Part shown: piece after piece, positions 14,261-26,615 of the stretch
How positions within the stretch are numbered: the stretch's first letter is position 1
How the letters are laid out: each line of letters begins with the position of its first letter
Assembly: GCF_001194135.2 (NCBI RefSeq)
Contig: NC_068995.1
Location: forward strand, 58,084,987-58,148,986
Direction: 5' to 3'
DNA length: 64,000 nt
DNA from: Octopus bimaculoides
Taxonomy: Eukaryota
Position numbers and translations under genes: made by a program
Notes under the pieces: model-generated
Seen by the model: only the letters and a program-made list of their open reading frames with translations
Told to the model about the DNA's origin: nothing
Databases searched by the model: none

Positions 14261-14760
14261 CGTCATGTAACGTGCCAATGACCTGCGGGGTTTACAAGTA
14301 ATTTTCCACGGACCGCCTTGACCTTTGACACGAAGAAGAAGGGGAGAGAGAGAAAAGAGCTAGACGAGCGGGAGGGAGGGAGTTTGTTTGGTGAAGGAGG
14401 TGGGGAGGAGGAGGAGGGAAGAGTGTGTCTAAGTGAGAAAGATAGTGGGAGAGATATACGGAATCATAGATACAGAGAGAAGAAAAAAATAGAAAGAAAG
14501 AAGAAAGAAAATAAAGAGGAAGGCTGGCAGGTAGGTAAAGAGTACTCGAAGAGAGTAGGAGTGTCGAGTTCGAATCAAGAAGAAAATGGTGAAGTGAACG
14601 AAGGGGAGATAACGATAATCAAAAGAGGTAGGGGTAGAGGAAGAGGTGATGAGAAGAGGAAGGTGGAGGGAGAAAATGTTTATGTCTGTGTAATGTAATG
14701 TTTAAGGAAAAAGAAGAAACAAAAGATGGCGGAAGGGAGGGAAGAGAGAAAATGAAACGA
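14261..14760 (-). other. Candidate first exon (pyrimidine-rich 5' leader ending ATG-ACG|GTGAGT) of an unidentified minus-strand gene; upstream boundary uncertain
   Basis: Minus strand reads TTACATGACG|GTGAGTGTT, a consensus donor at 14261/14260, preceded by about 450 nt of CT-rich, CpG-containing sequence. No downstream exon identified. Confidence 0.3.
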
Positions 14761-15120
14761 AGAGAATATCAAAAAAAAAAAAATTCAGTTGTAGAAAAAT
14801 AATAAAACTCATATATTTGAAAAAATGCAGAAAATTTTAATAGAATTTTTGGGGGGATATTTGAGAGCAGGAAAATTCTGAACGATTCTAAATCTCACAT
14901 TCCTAGACAAAATGACTTGCTTTAAAAAAAAAAAATAAGAGCAAAAGTGAAACAATAAAATTGCATAATTTCTTTTTTTTAAATTACGCGTTCTCAATCT
15001 ACGGGAAACAGTTTAATTTTACTTATAAAAGAAATTACAGGTTCTAGGTCTCGAAAAGCTTTACCTAAAATGACATCAAAACACGCAAAGAAAGAAAGGG
15101 AGGAATTGGGNNNNNNNNNN

Positions 15121-15600
15121 TGGCGTTTAGCAGAGCAAGGAAGTGGCGCGATGTACGATATATATAAAGCTCGCTTGTTTTATGGTCGTCACTGAACTGT
15201 ATATAAATTACGTAAGTGCTTTGTAAAAGTTAGAAATTCTTTTTTATTTAAACTATTATTTATATTTTTATTATTTTTCTATGAAAATTACGAAATGAAT
15301 TAATTTCTCAAACTTGAAGCCTGAAAGAAAAACCTATCGATCGTGTCAGGATTTGATTCTGGGCAAGCAACGTTTTACAACTTCTACACATTCCGCTGAC
15401 GTCAGTAAAGAGAGATGTGTGTGTCACAGTGTTGAAAATAAGAGACGAATAAGTGTAGGGGGCGGAGGAGAAGAAGAAGAACAGGCAGGGGCACGTGACT
15501 CCGTTCTGCTGCAATTGTCACGTGACGCTCTTTTCCCTGTCCCGAAGACGTTGAGAAGAAAAGAAGCCTCGACTTGTCAGTTTCTTCCTCACTTTCACGT
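15121..15600 (+). promoter_or_regulatory. CpG-rich promoter-like motif cluster
   Basis: GGAAGTGGCGCG about 15139-15150; TATATAAAG 15161; TCACTG with A at 15191; CRE TGACGTCA 15397-15404; GC box GGGGCGGAG 15459-15467; CACGTGAC 15492-15499; GTCACGTGAC 15517-15526; TCAGTT 15577-15582. Confidence 0.55.
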
Positions 15601-15699
15601 CCATTTCGTTTCGATGTTTGAATCGTTCTCACTCTCGACATATTCATAAGTGATGAATATACTATATAAGACTACTGATTGAATGTTTTGATGAACGTC

Positions 15700-16060
15700 T
15701 GGTCTTGTTTTTGTTTCATTCATTTCAATGCCCCATGCTGGGGCAATTGCCTTGAAGGGTTTTAATCAAACGAAATTGCCCCAATTCTTTTTTTCATTTC
15801 AGCCGGGTAATTATGTCGGATCGCTAAATTACGGGGACGTAAACAAACCAACACCGGTTGCCACGCGGTGGAGGAGGACAAAGACACACACAAACACATA
15901 GAATTGGCCTCTTTCAGTTTCCATCTAACAAATTTACTCACAAGGAAGGTTTTGATCGACCCGAGTCTATCGTAGAAGCTGCCGGATAATGGAACTGAAC
16001 CCGGAACTATGTAGTTGGGCAGCAAACTTCTTACTACACGTCTACGCTTTATTATCCTCT
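15700..16060 (-). mobile_element. tRNA-derived SINE (family also at 18040-18720, 30580-31240, 44925-45580, 46210-46470, 62180-62980)
   Basis: Shares segments such as GGGGACGTAAAC...CACCGGTTG and TTTCAGTTTCCATCTA with the other copies. Plus-orientation copies have A/B-box-like heads (TGGCTGTGTGG...GGTTCAGTCCC). Confidence 0.75.
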
Positions 16061-18039
16061 TTTTACAGCTCGATGACAACGTATAAAAAAATGCCAACTC
16101 ATTTGTAATATTTTCAAATGTGTGGCGAACAAATTTTCTTTCTTTTTCTGATATTTACGGACTCATGATTTGTTTCGTTGTCATTCACCTAACTGGCGTA
16201 TTTGTGTGAATTGCATGCAAGAAATTTAATACAAAAGTATCTAAGTTGGTAACGTAACTTAAATGTTACAACATTTATGCAGATAAAATATAATTGAATC
16301 GAATTATATTCGAAATTACACAGTACTCGAATAAACAATGGTAATTACAAGAGGTCGTCTTCGCAGTAGCTCGATCAACAGAAAATAACGTAATGTACTT
16401 ATAAATCGTATTCTACACCGGAGAGAGAAAAAAAGAAACAAGATGGGATGGTCATGGCTGGATCGCTTTTGATCATAGTTCTACTTGATCTGAGAATTTA
16501 CCTGCGGCTAACTGCAACAAATCTAAATCTACATATAGGATGATGAGAGAGAATGCGTCGTTCTTTTATAAGAGAGGAAAACGACACTTCATTACATTTA
16601 AATAAAAGACACGAATCCAAATAGCCAGTCTTCGGCTATGATGTTAATTGCCCATATTAATGATGATTTCGGTCATTTTTTGCTCCATCACTAATTAGTA
16701 CGAGTGTATAATGACGTACTTAATTATATTGACCTAGACTCCGGCCAGATGTGATCTCAAGTTGGTTTGGAATAGTAAATATTTAATTGATACTAATTAA
16801 TCAAAGTAATTATTATATTCTTGTTTGACGCAATAGCCCTAGGTCATGTTCTAAGGACGTCCTTGTCATGACCATACCATTATTTTGATTAATCAGGGAC
16901 TTACATTGTCTAATTGTAATATATAGCTTTTCTTTCCTTTTACTATTTAAGGGGCCAAGGTAAGATTTAACTGCTACTTCTAGATTTTGAGCGACAACAA
17001 AGAGGGAGATCATAACTAGACTTGTGGCCCCTAGCCTACTGTCCAGTTTCCCCATGCCTTTTTCCCTACTGTTTAACGCAGCCCTGATCGAACAGAACTA
17101 TGATCAGAGGTGTTCTGGATACGTTCCAGTTATGACCATCTCGCCTTTTTGTCTATCAAGGACTACATTTTTTTTTTCAACGTATAAAACTTGAAGATAA
17201 TCGTTATATTTTATTATCATATTTGGATCGTTTTTAAAATCCTTCCAGTCACTTAATGTATTTCAAATTTTTACCAGATTTCTTCAAATACTGATAAAGA
17301 AAATCGCATTCGGCTTTTTTATTTGTTTTGTTTTGTTTTGTAGTATTTAAAAGTGGTTGGAAGACTTTAAAAAAAGATTCTCATATTTTATTTAAGAGGT
17401 AGGGTGTGATTTGAGGACGGTCTGGCTACTACTTTACCAAGTCTAGTGATTACGTTGACTGGTTATATTTGACCTTGTGGTGGTGAGGAGGCCTCTATGT
17501 CTGTGTCTGTCCCCGCCACCACAGCTTGACCAACTGGTGTTGATTTGTTTACGTCTCTTTAATTTAGCAAAAGTACCAGGGTTTGATAAAATTAGTACTG
17601 AGGACGAATTGTTCGACTCAAACCTTCAAAGCAGTGTGCCCCAGCATGGTCACAGTCAAATGACTGAAACAAGTAAAAGAAGCTGTTAGGTGTGTTGTCA
17701 GACCTCGGAATTTCTTCAACAATATCTCTGTCCTACTTTCTCTCTCTCACTCTAATATACTAAAAACCAGTGAAAATTAAAGTGCCACCAACCTATCAGC
17801 TGTGTACGTGTATTTCTCGAAAGCGTTACGTTTATTTTACGGTATGTTATTTTTCTCGACACGTGTAATGAAAACAAATTAAAACTATTACTAGCTAGCA
17901 GTAAAATAAAGAACTTTCTAAATAAATACTTAAGGAAAACATCACAAGTTTTCCGATATAAGCATTGTATGAATAGTTACGGTTGGCACGGATGGCTGAT
18001 AACCTGAAATTTGGTGTTTAATGTCAACCCAGGAATCTT

Positions 18040-18720
18040 ATCTTCTCTCTTTTACTTGTTTCAGTCATTTGAGAGCAGCCTTACTGGGGCACCACTTTGA
18101 AAGGATTTAGTCAAACAAATCAACCCCAGTGCTTTTTCTTTTTTTTTTTTTAAGTCTGGTACTTATTCTATTTGTCACTTGGGCCAAAACTGCTAAGTTA
18201 TAGGGACGTAAACACAAACACCGGTTGTCAAGCGCTGGTAGGAAACACACTGGGGCGAAACTGCAACAAATGAGAGATGACGAGCTTGTTCAGTTTCTGT
18301 CTACCAAATCCTCTTTGGTCAGCCTGAGGCTGTAGTAGAAGTGATTTGCCACGCAGTGTGACTGACCCCAGAAGCATGTGGTTGGGAAGCACCACCTTTT
18401 ATTTTTTTATATAGACTCAGCTTGCCTTTCAGCCTTGCAAGGTCAAGAAGGAGGTATGAGGGTCGATGTAACTGACCAGAAAACTGAAGGCGGTGCACCA
18501 ATACAGGATACACAGATAGATAGACAGACAGCTATTCTTTTTCTTGTTTCAGTTATTTGACCGCGGCCTTGCTGGAGCACCGCTTTAAAGGGTTTTTAGT
18601 CGCAGAAATCGACCCCAGGACATTCTTTGCAAGTTTAATACTTATTCTATCGGTCTATTTTGCCGAACCGCTACTTTACAGGGACGTAAACACACCAACA
18701 TTGGTCGTCCAATGCTAGAT
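18040..18720 (-). mobile_element. Two adjacent SINE copies of the same family
   Basis: Repeated TTGTTTCAGT(C/T)ATTTG...GACCCCAG...TACTTATTCTAT...GGGACGTAAACAC blocks. Confidence 0.75.
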
Positions 18721-18948
18721 TGTTCTAGATCAAATTTTAAAATCATAATAATATCACATGCATAATTCAAATAGTTTGCCCGTTATGTCGTTCAGTAAGC
18801 AAATACATAGATAAATTAATAAGCAAACATAGAGAGAGGAAACAAAGAAAGCTTGTGCGTGTCATCACGCAAAATTTCGTACATACATATGAGAGACAGT
18901 ATATATGAATTAGGCGTATAGACAAGGCCGGCTGCGAATTTTTTTTTT

Positions 18949-19544
18949 CCCACGAGAGTTCCGGACCCAAGTAATGAACTCATTTGCATACAGCCAATCA
19001 GAGCTCACTTTGAAAATCCACATGCTGTGTACTACTACAGTACAGCCAGTCATGCATAGAATGGTGTATGCCACTGAGTATAGTATAGCAGGTTTCACAT
19101 AGGCACCACCATCCTTATAGATCAATTGAGCACCATCTGTATATGGAGCTAACATTAGGTGTGTTACTGCATGTACCCAAGGAGGGCGCAATATGACACA
19201 ACGCCATATTGATTACAATGTTTTCAGATCAACCAACATTTTCAATTAGGAATGTACAAAATCAGTAAAAAAAATTACGAAACTACACTCATGTTCTCTA
19301 GTAAATTTCGCAAATTGGCAACACTTATGGCATCATCGGTGAGCAGCTCTCCATTCACTTAATATACTAAATTCCACATTTGTCACCCCTATTAACCCAT
19401 TTAGAACAGATTTTGCTATAACACACATTTTCCACTGCACTCATCCAGAGTATTTTCATGATTAGGTAGACATTAGTTTGATAGTTGAGCTGTAATTGGC
19501 TGTATGCAAATGATTTCATAACTGGAGTCCTGGACTCTCGTGGG
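18949..19544. mobile_element. Unclassified fold-back/MITE-like element with 59-bp terminal inverted repeats
   Basis: 18949-19007 versus the reverse complement of 19486-19544: 51/59 identical without gaps (manual alignment). Confidence 0.75.
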
Positions 19545-19706
19545 CTGGCTCAAGGTACCAGCAACTCGGGCAGTCGCCTGGAGCACCATGTGCTAGGGGG
19601 TGCCAAGGAGGGCGTGACAAAGACAAAGAAATTTTCCACGACCGTCAGCTTGTACCCGCCGAAGCTTAGCATGTCTGGGGCGCCAACAACCCTAGGGCCG
19701 GTTCTG
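19541..19706. mobile_element. GC-rich MITE with GGGCCGG-type ends (superfamily uncertain)
   Basis: Begins GGGCTGGCTCAAGG, ends CCTAGGGCCGGTTCTG; internal GGGGGTGCC/GGGGCGCC motifs. Confidence 0.4.
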
Positions 19707-19749
19707 CATTTAGATGTGCACGTATATACACACACGCATATACATACGC

Positions 19750-19805
<56 letters not shown>

Positions 19806-21694
19806 AATGAAAGATGGAATATATGAGAATTTATTAATCACGACAATTGTTTCGACACATCAAGCATCGATCCCTCATGGATGGTACACTCAATAACTGG
19901 TTCAAGAGCATCCGGCGGTGCAGATGTATCTCGTCAGGTGATAAATACAACTCGTTAAAATAACAGTTCCGCAATGTAACTTCACGTTTTGTAGAAAGAA
20001 AAGCAGCCAGACGGAGGAAATATCTTCATTTATATAGAAGATCAAAAATGAAATTACAGATGGCAAAAAGAGAAACGAACACAAAATCCAGCGAGAAAAA
20101 AATTTTAAGTAACTGTTAAGAAACATGGATGTACAAACGCCCTCGGGCAAGCTACATGGCGCGAGTACACTCGCTTATACAAGCATACACAAAAATGTGA
20201 GCATATGCAGACATGAGGTCTGGTGCTGTCATGATCACAAAGCAAGTTAACTATCAACTTGGTGTTTGTAAGAATAGGGAGGTTAAAAGTAAACTTAAGT
20301 CATCCATACCTTACAGTAAATTAAATTATGTTACTCATTCCCACTGCATTGTGCGAAAGTGCATTTATATGCGTGTAGGTATCTCGAGAGTCATTCAGTA
20401 TTTCTATTACTGATTTTCTAGTTAGTCCACAGAATAGACAAGGATTCTTCAGAGCAGAGATGGCATCTCCTGGAAATTATAATGTATGGTTTCGCGTACC
20501 TTACTAGGGACCAATTTATGCTGTACTTCATTTTATCCTCCATCAGTTGCCATACAAAATTGCCAAAGATGTTGAATGTCTCTTATTGATACATATACAT
20601 ACATATGTATGTATGTAGCTATACATATGCATACGTACACTTGTACTTATCTATAAATCGAGCTGTTTTGTATGTGGTTCTGACTGAAAAATCTAAGGGG
20701 CAGCTTGTACACGGTGCAAAGCTAAAATTTTGAAGAGCAAGGAACTGCAGAGCTAGATCAGGTCTCAATGTCAGATTTGGAATCGTTTCTATGGCTGGAT
20801 ACCCTTCCTAATGCCATCCTCTTTACATAAGTCTTCATTTTATCAGAGCCTTTGAGACAAGTAGTTGGAAGAAAGGTAGTTGTTCTCAAATGGGAGCAGT
20901 CATCTAAAAGCTCACAACAGAGTAAATTCTATTAAAGATATTTGAGGACCAGGAGGAGTTGCTAAAATGGTTCATTGATAATTTGAGGGAGATTTAGCTA
21001 AATCAGCATATAGACACTTCTCATTTACTCTTAACACCACACAGAATGAGATATAAAAAAAAAACCAAGGCAGTAAATAGATTGCATAACATTTATCAAG
21101 AAAAGACCTTACAGCTGTCAAACCATCGAACCCATACCTACATAGGAAGCGGATGTTAAATGATGAGGGTGGTGATGAGAATGACAGTGATGATGTTGGA
21201 GGGGAGATGGTGAGGAGGGGGATAATGATGAGTGCTACATTTCCCTCTTTCATTAGATAGTACACAAGCAAAAAGTTGGCATAGTCTTATGTGGAGGTCA
21301 TGGCTGGAATGCTTTTGATCCATAGATCTGACTCAATTAAGATTTTTGGCAGAGTTAAATAACAATTGCAACAACAACATTTCGGACTACTCAACCCCCC
21401 CCCACACACACACACACACACAAGAGCAACTTTCAATTTATCATAACAAGTCTAAATGTTATTAGGAAATGTCAAAACAAGTCATTGAATACCAGCCTCC
21501 TGCCAATCTTCACCTCTTCTAAGGACTCTGCTCTCCCACCACACACACACACACACACACAGATCGTGTAAGTGCACACACACTCATACAGTCAAGCACA
21601 CACACGCATGCATATACACACTGAAGAACACTCATACATACAATTCATATCAAACAAACCCTAACCCTTACTTAAAAGTCGAGGCCAACTAGGT

Positions 21695-21973
21695 CAGGGG
21701 TCTTCAAACTTTTTGACTTGCGGACCCCTTTATATTTCAGGCTTTACCTTAGGGACCCCCTTATAAACGCTTATGAAATTTATACATAAATATTTGCTTA
21801 AAATAACTTATATTTTTACATTTATTTATTTTACAGTATTTAACAAATAGGTTTATTGTCAATTAAAAGATTTCGATTAAAAAACATATACAAAATCAAA
21901 TTGCCCATGAAAAGTATTTGCTGTCTACGGACCCCCTGTCTTGTACTTGCGGACCACAGTTTGAAAACCCCTG
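21695..21973. mobile_element. hAT-type MITE
   Basis: TIRs CAGGGGTCTTCAAAC / GTTTGAAAACCCCTG (14/15); 8-bp flanks AACTAGGT / AACTAGAG resemble a hAT TSD centred on CTAG. Confidence 0.85.
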
Positions 21974-22599
21974 AACTAGAGAATCACTCAGTTTGCTAGA
22001 AATAACAACCAATCTTGCTCAAATCACAATCCTACTACCATCTTAGAAAAGAACAGATTGAATAATATGATTCTAGGTTCTCTATACATAGGAAAAAGCA
22101 AAGAAACAAATGATGGTCATGGTTGAAATGTCATTGATTATGTCTCTACTCAACATGGGGCTAAACAACAACCAGTCTCTTCACCACTACAATAACTAAC
22201 TATGCCCCAAACGGTGAGCCTCTACATGGTCACTTGGCCTGCTAGAAATAGCAGCCAATCTTCCTCAAATCAAACCATGCAACCTTAGGAGAAGACAAAT
22301 TAGATTATGTGATCTTGGTTTTCCTGGTCATATGATAAAGCAGGATAGTCAGTTTGATCAGGCCTGACCTGTGGTTAAACAGCAAATAACTAAGGGCCTA
22401 GTAGTAATAGTGACAATTACAAAATACCTGAAGCTGATGATAATTATAATAAAGATTTCAAACTTTGGCACATGGCCAGCAATTTTAGGGTATGCGAACA
22501 GTCAATAACATTGACTGCAGTACTTTATTTTATTGACCTCGAAAAAGATGAAAGGTCAAGTTGAACTTCATGCTATTTGGATGCAGAATGTGCACTATT

Positions 22600-23100
22600 G
22601 ATGATGAGTAGTATTCCTATTTTGATAAAAATGAAAGCAGATTTATCAATTTGAACTTCTGTCAAATGTAAGCACAACAGGCCGGATATTGTTGTTTGGG
22701 ACGGAGGGGCAAAGGTGTGTATGGTCATAGAGGTCGGCTGCCCTGCAGATAAAAATATCTCTTTGAAAATCAAAGAAAAGAGGATATCTATGGACAACTG
22801 TTTCGAAACCTCCAGCTTCTATTTCCAGACTATGAATTCAATAATAATTGGAGCACTAGGTTTTGTTAGTAAATGCTTAAAGGAGAATCTGGATAAACTG
22901 GGATTTTCAGAAAGAGAAATTGACTGGCTGATCCGTACATTACAAGTCCAATCTGTGAGTGGAACAGTAAAAATATGCAAGACTTTTCTTAAGTTCTAAA
23001 TGTGTATTTTTCTGTGTTAATGACATCCCAAAGATGGAACACTGTATCTTTGTTTGAAACTGGTTCCCTCATCAGTGGAAGATTTATAATAATTAAAAAA
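22600..23100 (+). mobile_element. 3' fragment of an R4/Dong-like non-LTR element (restriction-like endonuclease domain)
   Basis: Reads KHNRPDIVVWDGGAKVCMVIEVGCPADKNISLKIKEK...IIIGALG...QSVSGTVKICKTFLKF*, the PD..D/E..K RLE signature. Confidence 0.8.
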
Positions 23101-23141
23101 CAGAAGAGACATACATACGTACATACATAAAAATCCACAAT

Positions 23142-23535
23142 ATGGTAGAAGCCATAGCCACTCATAATAAAAAGGAATACTGGTGGAATGTACCAGTGAA
23201 GACCTCAATAAAATTTAAGCACTACAGACCTGATATAATGATTTGGGATAGAGAAGAGAAACTGTGCACAGTTGTGGAAATTAGTTGCCCAGTGAATGTT
23301 AACATAAAGCTGAAGATCAGTGAAAAAGAGAACACTTATGCTGAACTATTGAGAAATCTGCAGTTAATCTATCCAGAGTACACCTGTTATTACTGGGGTC
23401 CTGGAATATGTAACACACTGCCTAAATACTAATCTTGAGAAATAAAGCTTCTCAAAAATAGAAAGCTAATTCGAAAATGACAGATCCAATCCATCACTTG
23501 AACTGTAAAAATCTGTAAAACTTTTCAGAAGTTTA
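23142..23535 (+). mobile_element. Second, divergent R4/Dong-like RLE 3' fragment
   Basis: EYWWNVPVKTSIKFKHYRPDIMIWDREEKLCTVVEISCPVNVNIKLKISEKENTYAELLRNLQ...TVKICKTFQKF, with stops and frameshifts. Confidence 0.8.
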
Positions 23536-23649
23536 TCATTTAAATATATATGAGCATGTCTAGATATGTAACTATATGTATGAGAATACATACATAAAAC
23601 ATACAAACAAAAATATCCGGTTGATGTTGAAATTCTAATGAACATCGCT

Positions 23650-24476
23650 TTATCAAGTATTGAAGGAGGATCTCAGAACCCACCTCTATCAGGTAATCCA
23701 CTGTCATGAGCTCATGCAGCAAGTTTATAAGTTAATGAGAGTGGAGAGAATTTGTCTTAACCTGTGTCAGATTGCTGAAGGTATGCTATCCAACCTGGTG
23801 TTCACTGACAAAAAGAAATTTGACATCAAACAGACAGTAAATCATTAGAATGACTAACATTGGAGTGTATCTGGTTCCATTAAGAGTAGACTAGTAAATC
23901 AACGTCAGAATCCACAATCAGTTATGATTTGGGTGGCTGTGACAGCCACTGCAAGGTCTCCCCTCATTTTAGTGCCCTCAGGTGTTAAAATTACACCCAA
24001 CAACAGATTAGTGACACTCTGGAAGCTGAACTGCTTCCATAAGCGAATGAGTACTTTCAAAATGCACCTTGGAGCTTCCAACAGGACTCAGTACTATCCC
24101 ACAGCTCCAGACACAACACTGGATTTAGAAAAACACTCCATCGTTCATAGGCCCTCAAGAAGCACTGTTCTCAACCCGTTGGATTTTTCTGTTTGGTCCA
24201 TCTAAAGCACTCTTCATGCTTCACTCAATGCTCTGAAGTTAAAACTGCACCAGGAATGGGCTTCAATTCCATAAGGACAGCTGTGTGCTGCATGTGAAGC
24301 ATTCGCACCTAGACCTAAGAGTGTGATTCAAAACAGAGATGATCATATCGGATAAATATGGTAATGTCATAATTGTGTTTCCTTTACCACAGCATTGCAA
24401 TGTTTGGACCTGAAATATAATATTTTGTTTTGACAAAATTTTAAAAAGTCGGTTGCCTTAATTTGGGGACACCCTG
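23650..24476 (+). mobile_element. 5'-truncated Tc1/mariner transposon (maT/DD37D-like)
   Basis: Decayed transposase motifs NLVFTDKKKF, SVMIWVAVTATARSPLILVPSGVKI, WSFQQDS, LNPLDFSVWSI. Right TIR ...ATTTGGGGACACCCTG followed by TA. Left TIR not found. Confidence 0.85.
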
Positions 24477-25107
24477 TATCTATCTATCTATGTTTAACAA
24501 ATTACTACTTGCATGTTATCTCCACACTGTAACAGTAAATAAATACATATTGTTCATAATTGTATGCAGCTGTTTGTTGTTTAACACTTTCTCTTCTGTG
24601 ATCCTGTAAAAACCTAGGCTAAAAGATATTCAAGTCATGACTATCTCATTTTGTTTTTTACTAGTATAGTAAAACTAAATCTACATTATCTGATATGTTC
24701 TTTATAAAAGATTGTAGAGTGTGATTTTAGGTAGATTTAGCTGATATTTCTAGCAAGCTGAACTATTTAAAGCCATATTGCCTCATTAGCAGAGATGACT
24801 GTAGTCATGATATTGATAGATTTCTCAAATAATGCCATATAAAAAGGGTTTTTTAAATTACTAATATCAGTACTTGACCTTGCCTGAGTTTCTAGAAAGT
24901 ATCAGTCTTGACCTCTCCTACTTAAAAAAGACATGCTGCTTTGCAAATTTCAATCTCTTCAGTGCAGAATTGTGGCCTACAGCATAGAACACACACGCAC
25001 ATTTGTGTGCATGCGCATGCACTCACACATACACTTTTATATATTGAGGTTTTCAATTCATTTTCTCATTTATTCCCATCTGTTTCTTTTTATATTTTGT
25101 ATTCCAG

Positions 25108-25145
25108 ACTTGACTGTGGAGGCATTTTAAAATCAACTCCATAGG
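25108..25145 (+). other. TYSND1: 5' UTR portion of the first coding exon of TYSND1 (implies an upstream non-coding exon)
   Basis: Polypyrimidine tract and TTCCAG acceptor ending at 25107. An in-frame TAA at 25128-25130 supports ATG 25146 as the start. Confidence 0.6.
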
Positions 25146-25882
25146 ATGGATTCCTCAACAGTTTCAAGTAATACCTGTGTTGTTACACTTGTGAAAAGAA
25201 ACTCATTAAGTTCTGTAAAACTTGGAAGTTGTAGTGGGGTCTTTATAAACCACAAACTCAGAATTGTAATTGCACATGCTTCCCTATTGGCTGAGCTTAA
25301 CTCCAAAGACTATGAACAATTAAGAAGAGATCTCACTGCTAATAAACTTACTAATTTGCTGCCAAATCATAGTGCCGAAGTCGTGTTTGATGCAAGGAGG
25401 TATCAAGTGCAGAATTCTTCAAATCAACATTATGACTTGAGTTCCAACAACCATCAGAATATTGCCAGAGAGAAAGAGATGTACACTATCATTCCTGCAG
25501 CTATAGAACTAATATTCAAATGTGAAAGCTTTCATCAAACTTCAGAACAATTCTTGGCCAAAAGTCAAGGATGGTTCTTCCTTCCAAGAAAACACTTTTT
25601 TTTACCTTATTTCATTTTGATCAAATTGCAAAACTATGATGGACTTCTTCCAATAGAACCTCTACTTGTGAAATCTTCTGTAGAATGTAATCCTGGAGAT
25701 ACAGTTGAAGTGTTTGGTACACCTTATGGCAACTTATGTGTTGAAGTGTTCTTAAATTCTGTGAGCAGAGGTGTCATCAGCAACTACTTTGGTCCAAACA
25801 AAGTTCAAATACTCACTGATGCTCGTTGCATTCCAGGCACTGAGGGAGGACTTGTTTGTACTTTGGATAATAATAACCTGAA
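25146..25882 (+). CDS. TYSND1: TYSND1 coding exon 1 (N-terminal protease-like domain)
   Basis: SCSGVFINHKLRIVIAHASLL and GTPYGNLCVEVFLNSVSRGVISN...LTDARCIPGTEGG match the TYSND1 family (human GSPFG...FLNTLSCGVLSN...TDARCLPGTEGG, from memory). Donor AA|GTAAGT, phase 2. Confidence 0.95.
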
Positions 25883-26169
25883 GTAAGTATACTTATTAAG
25901 CTCATAAATGAGGAATAATCTATTGCTTTTTGACCACTTTCAATTAGTTTTATTTATCAAGTATTTTTTTTTTGCATATATATTCACTTAAATTTGTGTT
26001 TGTTTAGTTTGTTTGTTTTGTTTTTTTTTTCCATGCTGAGTGGAGTTTGATGAAGCTTATTGAAGCAGTCATCCTTTGTTTTCTTGCCCTTACTCTTTCC
26101 AACCCTTACATGTAAGCTGTTTATTCCACACAAGTTTTCACTTATCTAAGCCACTGAAACTGATCAGCT

Positions 26170-26403
26170 ACTGAAGGGGCTCCAAACCACCAGGATGTGG
26201 ACCAGTACCAGACCATGGGCCATTTGGTACCAGGCCAGTCAGAAAGAATAAATCTTAGAATTCTATTTCTATTTTATTGATGATCGCAGTATGCAGGGTA
26301 TTTTTTTGCATTATTTATGCATTATATATGTAATTATTAAATTATATATTATGCATTTGTATTGTGTTTTGTTATTGGACTGCAAAAAGATTGGGGACAA
26401 CTG
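26170..26403. mobile_element. Degenerate hAT-like MITE
   Basis: 3' end AAAAAGATTGGGGACAACTG resembles a CAGTGGTCCCCAACC-type TIR; 5' end decayed. Confidence 0.4.
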
Positions 26404-26615
26404 AGCTATAGGTTATGTTTACAGGGGATGTAACCAACTGGCCTTTCCAGTCTGAGTCCTGCTATGGACAATGTTTCTCTTCATTTTTTTTTCAGAACTG
26501 ATAAAACAAAGTAGTAGTAACATACTGAGGTCAATTTAATCAAATATATACTCCCTGTAAATTCATAACCTTTTGCATCAATGCTAAAACTTTATAACTT
26601 TCATTATATTCACAG

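Noticed and set aside
14318-14698. 126-aa E/K/R/G-rich ORF on +
   Set aside because: Product of GA-rich low-complexity sequence starting at a non-ATG codon; no domain evidence.
15314-15649. 111-aa ORF across the promoter-like motif cluster
   Set aside because: Non-ATG start, no homology recognised; better explained as regulatory DNA.
23017-23085. Hammerhead-like CTGATGA and a 7-bp stem on the minus strand of the RLE element's 3' UTR
   Set aside because: The GAAA core, UH cleavage triplet and stem I are not correctly present; a covariance-model search would be needed.
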